DNA of 64,000 nt, from IMG/VR virus record IMGVR_UViG_3300025141_012428, positions 1 through 64,000 of that record; one strand, written 5' to 3'. The stretch comes from a virus. Its lineage: Duplodnaviria; Caudoviricetes. The notes beneath the pieces were generated by a model. It saw nothing but the letters and a program-made list of their open reading frames with translations, made no database searches and was not told the origin of the DNA. A program made the position numbers and the translations under genes. This document shows positions 19,001 through 27,675 of the stretch, in pieces. Each line of letters starts with the position of its first letter. Within the stretch, counting starts at the first letter, position 1.

Positions 19001-21859
19001 AATTTTGCTGCAGAGGCTGCCTCAGACACTAAATCTCAGAAAAATATAAGTGCAATGATCAAGCTTCAGGCTGGTTTATTTGCTGCTACGACTGGTATAA
19101 CTGGACTCAAAAATGCGTTAGGAGATGCCACTGAGGCAAACCGTAACGCTAGGATAGGGTTGAATGTCTTGGATAAGTCGATACAAGCTCTTATTATGGC
19201 TTTGACTGTAAAAGAGTTGTTTTCTGGGACTAAGATAGGGGACAAGATAGGGGGTATGTTTAGCAAAGAGGGCGGCAGTAAGGCTATTGGCAGCATGTCC
19301 GGAATAGGAAGAGGAATTAAAGATAAGATTTTGGGCAAAAATGTTGCAAGACAGCTTCAAGGACCCGGTCTTGTAGGTCCAAAGTTCGGCCCGGGTGGTG
19401 TGGTAACGGGAAGAGTTGGAGGATTATTTGGTGGGGGAGGCGTGGCTAGTAAAGTAAAAGGCTTCGCTAAATCCCCTATGAAAGGGTTAGCCGGAATGGG
19501 TAAAGGAGCTATGGGCGGCATGGCAGCAGCAGGTCCGATGGGAGTTGCAGCTGGTGGCATACTTCTTTCAGAAGGCTTAAATGTGCTTATTGATGATGTT
19601 CTTGACAATGCCAGTAAGGAGCTAGATTCTGCAAATATTGCATTTAAAAGGGTGACCGCGGCAGCTGAGAAAAATATAAACTCATTAAATGCTTTTCAGA
19701 AGGCCACGAGCCAAGCCGCTGCCGTTTTCGGTGACTCAGGGGCTAGCGTGAGAGATGTAATTAAGGCGAACAAAGAGGTGCAAAAGCAAATGTCGAAGCT
19801 GCCGGGTCATATGAAAGCCGAAATTCAAGCTGCCGTTGATCCAGCAGAAATGGAGGCAGCAGTCCAGAAGGCTATAGAAACGGAGCAGCAAAAAAAGCAA
19901 GACGTTACAATAAGAAAAGATTTAGCCCAAGAAGTTAAGAATATAGGAAAAGAAGGCTTCTATGCTGTCTCTGAGCCCGGAAAAATGTGGGACTCCATGT
20001 TTAAAAGTCAGGATAAGGTAGATCGAGAAAGAGGAGATGACGAACGCACTATAAGGGGCATGGCCCAACAGGCTACTCAAGGAATTTCAGATGAAAAGTT
20101 CATGGGAACAAGCAACCAGTCAATCCAAGACACAAGCACGCTCTTAAGCAACATTGCCAGCACTACAGATACTGGAGCGCTTTTGGGTATAAACGATCTT
20201 GAGGGAGACATAAAAAAAGCTGGAGTAGCCATGAGGGAACTTGGCTATAGCGAAGAAATGATAAGTTCTTTCCAAACAGCTATGGAGGGTGACTCCTACC
20301 AAAGGGAATTAGTCGCTGAGCAACTAAGAAACGAGATACAGCAAAGAAAGCGTGATGCAGACGCTAATGCCGCTTTAAACAGAGAGAGAGAAAAGTTATT
20401 GCGCATAGAAGCTCAAATGCAAAAGGAGATAGATCGCAGCAGAAAGACCTTAGAGGTTGAGCAAAAGATTAGAAAAGAAGCTATGAAGATAACTCAGCAA
20501 GCCGCTGGAGTCTTTCTTACCGCAACAGGCAAAATAGACATGGCCACAGCGAACAAAGTAGCGACCATAAGATCAGATAGAGAAACCGCATTTGGACAAA
20601 CAGTGGGTTCAACCGCTAAAGCCCTAGGAAAATCTAGGCTTACTACAGGTTTGTCGGGAGACGCGCTAACAAATGCCCAAGGTTTACAGAGCGAGGTTCA
20701 GTCAGTTATTGCATTTGCAAGAGACAAGGGCGTGGGTTCTTTAGGAGAGGGAGCCTTGAATAGCCTATTAGATAAGTTGACAGTAGAGAAAGACGCCGCG
20801 ACTAGTGAGGCTAGGAAGAGTGGTATAGATAAGATGATAACTCAGCTTCAAGCTTTGAACGACTCAAGTGTTAGGCTAGAAAGTGAGATGGCGAATGAAA
20901 TCAAAGCCACTAGAGAGGTCGCTGAGTTTCAGAAGATGGCAGCTCGACAGGCACAAAGGCTAAAAATGTTTGGGGGTAGCGCTGCAGCTGGTAATCCGGC
21001 CGCAATGGACGGTGTTATCTCTAGGTTGCGGGGGTCATCTATAGCAGGTGGTATAGCTCGTAGGACTGGTAGTGCTTCAGGGGCAGACGCGGCAGCGGTA
21101 AATAGATTTAAGGCTGTAGCTGAGGTACATGGAGGAGAGCTTCCAGAACACCTAAGGGCAAAAGCACAGGGCGCAGCTTTTAGGGATAGGCTAAGAAGTA
21201 TGAGAAATGTAAATTCTATGCTGGCCCCCGGAGAAAGAATGGATGAGGGAACTATGAGAAAGGCTGCAGCGGAACAAGCTCAAGAGCTTTTCAAGGGACA
21301 CCCATTAGACCAAAATACGGAAGCTGTTAGAGAAAACACAAATGCCATGTTGGACCTTATGAAAAAAGGCCGCGAAGGTCAGGTAGACATAGCTAACAAA
21401 CAAATAGAGAACGCTGGGGTAACTCAGTTTACAAGAGACTGGTTTGACGAGAATAAAAATAAATTTACTAGAGACGCAGATGTGCAGTTTAATAATTTAA
21501 ATAATCAAAATAGAGATTGGGATCATTTTCAGGACATTATGAACAGCGGAATGTCGGGGGAAGGGGATAGTTGGATACCGGGACCACTGGGTAAACTTAA
21601 AAATAGATTGGATGCTGGACTGCAACTCCCGGGGGCTAAACGGAATCTTGCTGAGTCGACCCAAAGAGGCAAAGACATGGCTAAGACAATGGACGCGGGA
21701 CAATCTAGAGGAGCGCGAGGAGATATAACACTAACTATCCCGGAGGGTAGCGCAGATAATAAAAAGATTCAGGCATTATTCCAAAAATATATGAGTCAGC
21801 AAAATTTCAACGGGCAGTCTCATGGCGGTAATCAAACAGCAGCAGCAGGCGCAAGGTAA
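16046..21859 (+). CDS. Tail tape measure protein (TP901-like N-terminal core)
   Basis: 1937 aa, Ala/Gly/Lys-rich and helical. Motifs AATELARQGL, LANVDAAFAVSSEDLA and GAVIGNSFKTIFTRI are typical of the TP901-family tape measure core. Confidence 0.9.
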   Translation: MATTAGSTRINIDLALNTRGFRPLGRINGQLGEFEKSLDASNARVLAFGASAGAILAVKKAFTATVKAAIEVEKSLKDINVILQVSSGNLQKFGSQLFKIASDTGQAFSVAAEAATELARQGLGVEETLKRTKDALILARLAGMNAADAVNALTAALNTFEQVGLSSTVIINKLANVDAAFAVSSEDLAKALGRVGSAAVSAGVDLDQLLAIVTTAQQKTARGGAVIGNSFKTIFTRIQRPRVIKELENLGVQVRGLEGSTLPAIRVLENLAKQFDNLSQSQRAQITELVGGVFQVNVLKAALSDLSKEQGIYNRALAISAGSSDQALRRNEELNETLAAQFQKTLNTFKEAAAELGTLTLGPAMENIFGAVNKTFESAAGDTDLAKAGQFIGKTVFESIGKFIGGPGLLIIGGVLFKTFANLATFAADAFRTLTGLNKNFQNQLNLQKQIFGVLSENPDLMNRIRTGTLSVEDAHRLVLERINDETSALDRQLLVSQQIATSLSGSGVGFSADFGATAGGTRKFGPRPKGKSRGYVPNFADDELLGMMMGGYSNSQLSNPKIRKSLIHDGRGGAFSANTNGHESIVDFTNGKGKKATAVVPPKGSGAHEDFIKALSGGYVPNFFNIGGRSLTAAGVAAGIRHKTITKQQARDAGYISTADKKAKDAKSKAKKQEREQAKRLTNTFDVKQRFGGLALFGESGTKRTIPVKTAEITKLAALSRKDKGLKYPSTIYFKNFQEKSFLGEVKSRDNNNAFSRLIKKHMAKPMETITNEFAQQMGLRDDAPKVTASKISTTGNALFPVGAEGSIFETAISAMTKNAKSFEAGLGDSQQALWDFEESGNVDERFKNKFGYTGLLQKADAKRSLDAGAWNSIGNKIFSTLVDRGGNPKSTSSLAKQLAALAKGGKAGGFIPSFSAVHNAVQRERSAGVPMNKIRVGVHKSLASGLNPSGLGVYNTRDEPSGLSQGIRRSLARGHNPKTAGIPNFAAEAASDTKSQKNISAMIKLQAGLFAATTGITGLKNALGDATEANRNARIGLNVLDKSIQALIMALTVKELFSGTKIGDKIGGMFSKEGGSKAIGSMSGIGRGIKDKILGKNVARQLQGPGLVGPKFGPGGVVTGRVGGLFGGGGVASKVKGFAKSPMKGLAGMGKGAMGGMAAAGPMGVAAGGILLSEGLNVLIDDVLDNASKELDSANIAFKRVTAAAEKNINSLNAFQKATSQAAAVFGDSGASVRDVIKANKEVQKQMSKLPGHMKAEIQAAVDPAEMEAAVQKAIETEQQKKQDVTIRKDLAQEVKNIGKEGFYAVSEPGKMWDSMFKSQDKVDRERGDDERTIRGMAQQATQGISDEKFMGTSNQSIQDTSTLLSNIASTTDTGALLGINDLEGDIKKAGVAMRELGYSEEMISSFQTAMEGDSYQRELVAEQLRNEIQQRKRDADANAALNREREKLLRIEAQMQKEIDRSRKTLEVEQKIRKEAMKITQQAAGVFLTATGKIDMATANKVATIRSDRETAFGQTVGSTAKALGKSRLTTGLSGDALTNAQGLQSEVQSVIAFARDKGVGSLGEGALNSLLDKLTVEKDAATSEARKSGIDKMITQLQALNDSSVRLESEMANEIKATREVAEFQKMAARQAQRLKMFGGSAAAGNPAAMDGVISRLRGSSIAGGIARRTGSASGADAAAVNRFKAVAEVHGGELPEHLRAKAQGAAFRDRLRSMRNVNSMLAPGERMDEGTMRKAAAEQAQELFKGHPLDQNTEAVRENTNAMLDLMKKGREGQVDIANKQIENAGVTQFTRDWFDENKNKFTRDADVQFNNLNNQNRDWDHFQDIMNSGMSGEGDSWIPGPLGKLKNRLDAGLQLPGAKRNLAESTQRGKDMAKTMDAGQSRGARGDITLTIPEGSADNKKIQALFQKYMSQQNFNGQSHGGNQTAAAGAR

Positions 21860-21861
21860 CT

Positions 21862-23727
21862 ATGGCTAGTATCGACCTAACAAATGCAGAGGTTTTAGGC
21901 TTTTCTCAAGGAGCTAATTATGTAGACGGAGGATCTTATCAGTTTGGGAGAACTGTCAGTCTGTCTATTACTGCTTTTATAAAACCTCCTAATGGCTCCG
22001 AAATTTCAAGGTTTACATACATAACGAATCAAGAAAAGGCAAGGCTGGAAGAAATTAAGGCTTCTGGCTTTGTGGATAGTATATCTATAAATGGAGAAGT
22101 TATACAAAATGTAAAAATATTATCTTTTAACTTTCCTGCTACCGAAGCTTCTATTGAAGATCATATTCAATTACTAAGAGTTAATATGAATTTAGAGTTT
22201 TATCAGGCATTTGATAATACTGATTCTTTAACTCTTTCTGATCCAGATGTTAACAAAAATATAGGTTTTCTAGAAGAAAGTTATGTTAAATATTTCGACG
22301 CGTTTAGTGAAAATTTTCAATTTAATATTAGTGACGCAAATGAATACAGCTTCACTCAGAGCCTTAGCTTTTCTTTAAGGAAAGACAGCCCTACATCCAT
22401 AGACTTTAAAGACAAGGTAAAAGAAATAGCCTTAAAGGCTTTTGACTTTACTGGTAATGCTGCCGCGAAAGTTGGTTTTATAGATAATAGATACGCGGAC
22501 TTTATAAGGACTGTCAAGGGCCATGGTGTATTTAATGAGACGCATGACGCTATATCAAATTCATACTCCTTATCTAGGAATGTCAACTTAAAGAATGGGG
22601 TATATAGGGACGATCAAAAAGATGAACTTTGGTCTGCTGACTTTTATCATACTATTGCCGTAGACTCTTCCGGTTCGGCAACTATAACCGAGACAGGTTC
22701 TGTGCTAGGTAGAACAGACATTTCTTTAGAAGATGAGATAGAAAATAAAAATGAAGACGTTTATGAAAACGCTTTTCAGGGGTATTTGTCTGTAAAAGAA
22801 AAAGCATACACAAGATGCCAAAAGACCTTAGAAGAATTATTAAAATCTAATCCAGATTGGGTTTCGGGTGATTCAGAATGGAATGACTGCGCGGACTTGA
22901 CAAATAAATATGTCTCGCTTGGTCATACTATAAATAGGCAAGCAGGCACTGTAAATTATACAATAGTATTCACTAATAACCCAAGAATGCATAAAGATGC
23001 CATTTTTGAGTACAGTATAGAGGGGACGAAAGATAATAATAATATAACCTCGGTAACTGAGTCGGCTAGCATAGTGCCGTATGACCAAAGTTCAAATGCT
23101 GAATTTGATCCTAAGACGATGTATAATGACTTTGCAGTTTCTGGTGACATAATTAGTAGGCTGTCTCCATTATTTGATTCTCTGAAGGTGGCGTCATCTA
23201 CATCTACTCTTAATCATTCTGTTAATTTAATAAGTTCTTCTGTGTCTTTCCCGGCCTATGGGAAGCAGGTGACTTATTCATTTACCTATTCAGATGACCC
23301 GTCTTTAAGAAACGAGACTTATATAAGGAAACTAGAAAAGTCGGAAACATACCAAATGCCGGTGAACCTTAGGAGCTCTGTTGTAGCGGCTAATATAAAA
23401 GAAACTAATTACGACGCAGACCAAACCTCAGAAGGGCGTAAAGATTTATCTTTTGATTGTGTCTTCAAAAGAAACCCAAGTAGTAACAAGATAAACCAAG
23501 ATCATACAAATTATATAAAGACAGCGGCTTCTAGCATACTTACTTCACTGAAACAAGAAGCTCAGACTATGGCCTATGTCACCTCTCCTCAGGTTGCTAA
23601 GGACGATCTTTCTTGGTATCCATCTTCAATGAGTTATGGCGTAACCTCCGGTTATTCTTTTGATTTTTCGTTAGGTATGTCGTTTATAGATAAGAAGGGC
23701 GTTATGCCCGGGGCTTTGGAATACTAA
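21862..23727 (+). CDS. Putative tail-tip protein (621 aa)
   Basis: First gene after the tape measure gene; beta-rich. Confidence 0.5.
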   Translation: MASIDLTNAEVLGFSQGANYVDGGSYQFGRTVSLSITAFIKPPNGSEISRFTYITNQEKARLEEIKASGFVDSISINGEVIQNVKILSFNFPATEASIEDHIQLLRVNMNLEFYQAFDNTDSLTLSDPDVNKNIGFLEESYVKYFDAFSENFQFNISDANEYSFTQSLSFSLRKDSPTSIDFKDKVKEIALKAFDFTGNAAAKVGFIDNRYADFIRTVKGHGVFNETHDAISNSYSLSRNVNLKNGVYRDDQKDELWSADFYHTIAVDSSGSATITETGSVLGRTDISLEDEIENKNEDVYENAFQGYLSVKEKAYTRCQKTLEELLKSNPDWVSGDSEWNDCADLTNKYVSLGHTINRQAGTVNYTIVFTNNPRMHKDAIFEYSIEGTKDNNNITSVTESASIVPYDQSSNAEFDPKTMYNDFAVSGDIISRLSPLFDSLKVASSTSTLNHSVNLISSSVSFPAYGKQVTYSFTYSDDPSLRNETYIRKLEKSETYQMPVNLRSSVVAANIKETNYDADQTSEGRKDLSFDCVFKRNPSSNKINQDHTNYIKTAASSILTSLKQEAQTMAYVTSPQVAKDDLSWYPSSMSYGVTSGYSFDFSLGMSFIDKKGVMPGALEY

Positions 23728-25529
23728 TGTCTAATTATGTGCAAAATGTGCTTGTTAAATATGGAGATTTCACGTTTCCTGCCCCTACACCTTTCGTATC
23801 AAAGACTTTCGATAATGAGTTCGTTGGCGGCAACTTATGGTCAACAAGAGTAAGCATAACATTAAATGGCAAAATAGCTCTCTTGCCAAAAGATTCAGAG
23901 GGTTCAGGAAATAACTACTTAGAGCTTCAGGCTAAAAGAGATAAGGTAGCGGCCGCCTTCGCTGGCGCGCTAGGAAAAAACTTTTTAGATTTTTCTGTGA
24001 TTGGGGGAGGTGCAGATTTTCTGCTTAAAAATTGTACTGTTGACAGTGTTTCCTTTTCTGAGTCTAAGTATGTTGGGGTTGTCGAGTACAGTATTGCTAT
24101 ATCTGGATTTAAAAACGATAAAGATTTTTATTCTGCTAATTATGGCGTAACTCAGCCAGCTGACTCTTGGCAGTATACGGAGGCGGGGGGAGTGGTTAGC
24201 GCTACCCATAACGTATCTGCGACTGGAACAAATACTAGCAGTGGAGGTTTAAATAACGCGTTTAGTAACGCTAAGTCTTTTGTTGATGGTAGAAAAGGAA
24301 CTTCTAAAAAAGTAAACTCTATTTTAATAAAAAACGTACACCCAAATTCGTCTATGATACTTACTTCAAGTAACGAGACGGTAGATAGACTGGGGGGCAG
24401 ATATTCAATAACCGAGGTTTACTCTTTTCATAACAATGAGTCTTCTCTAGCCAAGGGGGAGGAAGCAAACTTACCCGCCATCCAAACAGAAGGCTGCACT
24501 ATCAATTATTCTGCTTCTTTTGATGTAGACCAACAGGCTGGGTTTATAACCGTAAATTTATCGGGACAAATATTAGGAAGTAAGGACAGTTCCGTGACTT
24601 GGGAACAAATAAAATCAGATTTAAAATCTAGGGATTTTTATCAACTAGCTAACAAAGCTTACAAAAGGTATATAAAAGGAACTGGTGGTTTAAGGGCTGG
24701 AACACCTTATAACTCAGAGTTAATAAAGACTCCTGTTACTTTCGGTATAAGCCCTAACGAAGACGCAAAGACAATATCTTTTCAAGTGTCTTACGATAAT
24801 AACGAACTTTTTTCTACCGCTAAGATAAGAAATGCTGATTCATACTTTAACTATAATTTAAACTTCTCTCATGACAATGTTAGTGACATAATTACGGTCC
24901 AATGCGGTGGTTCAATACTAACAAGAGGAGCCTTGCACAAAAGAAATAGAGACGGCAAAGTTCTCTTAGACTTGATGTTAGCTGATAACCATAAACTAGT
25001 GAGAGACGAAGCGCAAAGATACTATTATAAAATGTTTCCAGAAAGAGTTCAGTACGTTTTGTCTCCTAGGGCAAACAGCCTCTCTGTCTCTCAAGACAAG
25101 TTCAATGGGACTGTGAGTTATAGCGCAACCTTTAGTGACCAAGACTTTCCTGAGAACAGTAAGCTAAATAACCTAAGTTATAGCATTTCTGTAGATCCGC
25201 CTTTACAGTCTTATGTTTCTGTACCGTCTTGTTTAAGAAATGGGCATTCTTTGATTTATAATTTAGAATTAAAAAAGAAAAGAGAGCATACTGACATCAA
25301 CACCGCTGCAAACGCCGAGGAAAGAGCGCAGAATTCCATAAACGAAGCCAGAGATGAGATAAAGTCAATAAGCGATAGTTTAGTAACTTCTTTTGTTGAT
25401 GGGGATGTCAAAAGACTTGTTTCAGAAAATAAAGTAGAAAACAAGCAGATTTCAAATATAACATACAACAGGACCTTTAGTCACGAAAAAGTTCCTGATA
25501 ACGTAGAGCTGAATAGGTTGGATAATTAG
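23727..25529 (+). CDS. Putative tail-tip protein (600 aa), similar in style to the preceding gene
   Basis: Coupled by TAATG. Shares recurring GTVxY-x-x-x-F segments (AGTVNYTIVFTN / NGTVSYSATFSD). Confidence 0.5.
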   Translation: MSNYVQNVLVKYGDFTFPAPTPFVSKTFDNEFVGGNLWSTRVSITLNGKIALLPKDSEGSGNNYLELQAKRDKVAAAFAGALGKNFLDFSVIGGGADFLLKNCTVDSVSFSESKYVGVVEYSIAISGFKNDKDFYSANYGVTQPADSWQYTEAGGVVSATHNVSATGTNTSSGGLNNAFSNAKSFVDGRKGTSKKVNSILIKNVHPNSSMILTSSNETVDRLGGRYSITEVYSFHNNESSLAKGEEANLPAIQTEGCTINYSASFDVDQQAGFITVNLSGQILGSKDSSVTWEQIKSDLKSRDFYQLANKAYKRYIKGTGGLRAGTPYNSELIKTPVTFGISPNEDAKTISFQVSYDNNELFSTAKIRNADSYFNYNLNFSHDNVSDIITVQCGGSILTRGALHKRNRDGKVLLDLMLADNHKLVRDEAQRYYYKMFPERVQYVLSPRANSLSVSQDKFNGTVSYSATFSDQDFPENSKLNNLSYSISVDPPLQSYVSVPSCLRNGHSLIYNLELKKKREHTDINTAANAEERAQNSINEARDEIKSISDSLVTSFVDGDVKRLVSENKVENKQISNITYNRTFSHEKVPDNVELNRLDN

Positions 25530-25531
25530 TA

Positions 25532-27655
25532 ATGAAAAAGGATATACTATTTGAATACGCAGTTAAAGCAAACATTGCAACTGGTAATATTTCCGCCTAC
25601 TACGATCTAAGTGGTTCTGTAGATACCGAAGACCCTAACGATAGAGACATAAACTATAAGGCTGTAAGCGGGGCTACTACGAATGTTTTTGATAATTACG
25701 TTATTTACAACAAGCTCCATGACACAGGGAGTCAAGTGCTCTATACAGGCGACCAAAACGAGTCGATAGTATCAGAAGATTTTAACCCTGCGGTTATAAC
25801 AAGTTCCTCTACTAAGATAACTGGGTCTGGGTTTTTCGATAGTAGGTCGACATTAAGGTCTGTTTCGAATCTTACAGGAGACAACTGGACTTGTTTTTTG
25901 GATTTTTCTGGAGACTTATCTTTTAGAAAGCCTGAGCTTAACCAGATTATCCTTTCCACAATGCCAGAGGCTAACTCTGAGTCTGGGCTGCATGTGGGAA
26001 TAAATGGTTCAAACAGATTGTACTATGAGTATGTTTCCGGTAAAGATGACAGCAACAACTGGGAAAGAGAAACTGAGACCTTACCCAACCATTTAAAAAA
26101 GCAGAACGTCATGTCTGTCTCTAAGAATTCAGAGCTGTTGGAGGTTTCCCTTCATACGCCTGACCAAGGTTCTTTTTCCATAAAGACGTCTCCTGACAAC
26201 TTTACTAAATCTCAAGATTTGTATTTTGGAGGGTTTAAAGACGGAGCTAGTTACAATCATTTTTTTACAGGTTTTTCTGGGTCTATAAATACTATAGTGC
26301 TGTTTAACGACTACGTAACAGAAACAAATAGGAATACATTTTCTGAGGCTTACTTTTTAGATACTTTTACCCCTCCCGGTTTTACAACTGGAGAGAGGAC
26401 CACGAAGCAGGTGACTGGCGCTGAAATACAAAGCTTGGCGTCTGGTTATGGCATAATAGGTTATGAATATAAGAAAACCGGAAACTACTCTAACGAAGTA
26501 GGGGAGGTTATGCCTTTTTACACAAAGTCTGGGGTCGAGGGTGTTGTTTACCAGAATATATTAGTAGACCTAACGGGAGATGTTAATATAAAATCTATTA
26601 CTGGTTTTTACGCTGGGGAATCTTCCGAAAGAGATGCGAGTTATGTAGATACGTGCAACTCTGTGCCGGGCAAAATAGTATTTAATAAACTCCTTACTTC
26701 AGATGACCACCTTGAAATACATAATCACAAAAGGTTTCTAGAGACTATAAGCCTAGCGTCAGATAGCCTTTATAGCTTAGCCACAATAAATGTAGGCAAT
26801 ACTCCGTTTGAGATAAGGGGCGTTGAGTTAGAAAGCAACAAATTCTCTTATGTAGAAGGTACAAAACAGCCAAACATACAGTTTTTTATAGATGGAGTTT
26901 GTAAACAGGAAGTATCTGGATTATATTCTGTTAGTGATATTTATAATAATAAAAACTTTTCTGATTATAAGGGGGATTATTTTATAAACGATAACGAAGC
27001 AGGCTCCGCTGGATCAGGGGGCGCAGACGACAGAATAAAAAATAATAAATACCAAATATTCCTAAACTCTCATAACGACTACATAAACATAACAGAAGAC
27101 GATGTAATTCTTTTTGATGTAGTTTCTGGTAATTCTATTACTGGTTATTATGACGGTACAGATGCGCACTATACGGGAGAGTATTTAAATAAAGATATAT
27201 ATATCAATGGGCAAAAGTTGACGTCTGGAACAGACTATGCCCAAAGCACCTACAACGGGAAGACATCTTATCTATTAGACTCCTCTGCCATTAACGCAGC
27301 GATACCTGATGGAGACTTGTTCTTTGTGCCTCAGGCTACTACCGACTTTGATGTTACAACATATAATGACGGGGGTAGGGAGTTTCCAGTACCAAACATA
27401 TTTTTCGAACAAGTTTGGGTGAATGGGATAAGACAAGCGCCCGGAGTAGACTACTATAAGTCTCCTACTAATACTTTAATAAATTCATCTACTCCAAGCT
27501 TAGAGAATAACTCTTTTGATTTTAAGATTGCGAATAATACTATAGATGTATCCATTAACGATGCAATTAAAAGCAGCTCTGATGGCAAGGTTAGGCAAAA
27601 AGTTTTTTCTTTTGATTCTGAAGGAAAAGAGAACCTGTTTATAGATGAAAGTTAA
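25532..27655 (+). CDS. Virion structural protein with a probable LamG/concanavalin-like N-terminal domain (707 aa)
   Basis: GSGFFDS...LYFGG...FSGSINTIVLFN resembles the LamG-like fold. FIDG/YING/WVNG repeats follow. Confidence 0.5.
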   Translation: MKKDILFEYAVKANIATGNISAYYDLSGSVDTEDPNDRDINYKAVSGATTNVFDNYVIYNKLHDTGSQVLYTGDQNESIVSEDFNPAVITSSSTKITGSGFFDSRSTLRSVSNLTGDNWTCFLDFSGDLSFRKPELNQIILSTMPEANSESGLHVGINGSNRLYYEYVSGKDDSNNWERETETLPNHLKKQNVMSVSKNSELLEVSLHTPDQGSFSIKTSPDNFTKSQDLYFGGFKDGASYNHFFTGFSGSINTIVLFNDYVTETNRNTFSEAYFLDTFTPPGFTTGERTTKQVTGAEIQSLASGYGIIGYEYKKTGNYSNEVGEVMPFYTKSGVEGVVYQNILVDLTGDVNIKSITGFYAGESSERDASYVDTCNSVPGKIVFNKLLTSDDHLEIHNHKRFLETISLASDSLYSLATINVGNTPFEIRGVELESNKFSYVEGTKQPNIQFFIDGVCKQEVSGLYSVSDIYNNKNFSDYKGDYFINDNEAGSAGSGGADDRIKNNKYQIFLNSHNDYINITEDDVILFDVVSGNSITGYYDGTDAHYTGEYLNKDIYINGQKLTSGTDYAQSTYNGKTSYLLDSSAINAAIPDGDLFFVPQATTDFDVTTYNDGGREFPVPNIFFEQVWVNGIRQAPGVDYYKSPTNTLINSSTPSLENNSFDFKIANNTIDVSINDAIKSSSDGKVRQKVFSFDSEGKENLFIDES

Positions 27656-27670
27656 GTGTAAAATAATATA
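27656..27670 (+). promoter_or_regulatory. Putative late promoter motif (GTGTAAAATAATATA)
   Basis: Matches RTGTAA-N7-TA and fills most of a 20-bp gap. Confidence 0.6.
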
Positions 27671-27675
27671 GGAAA

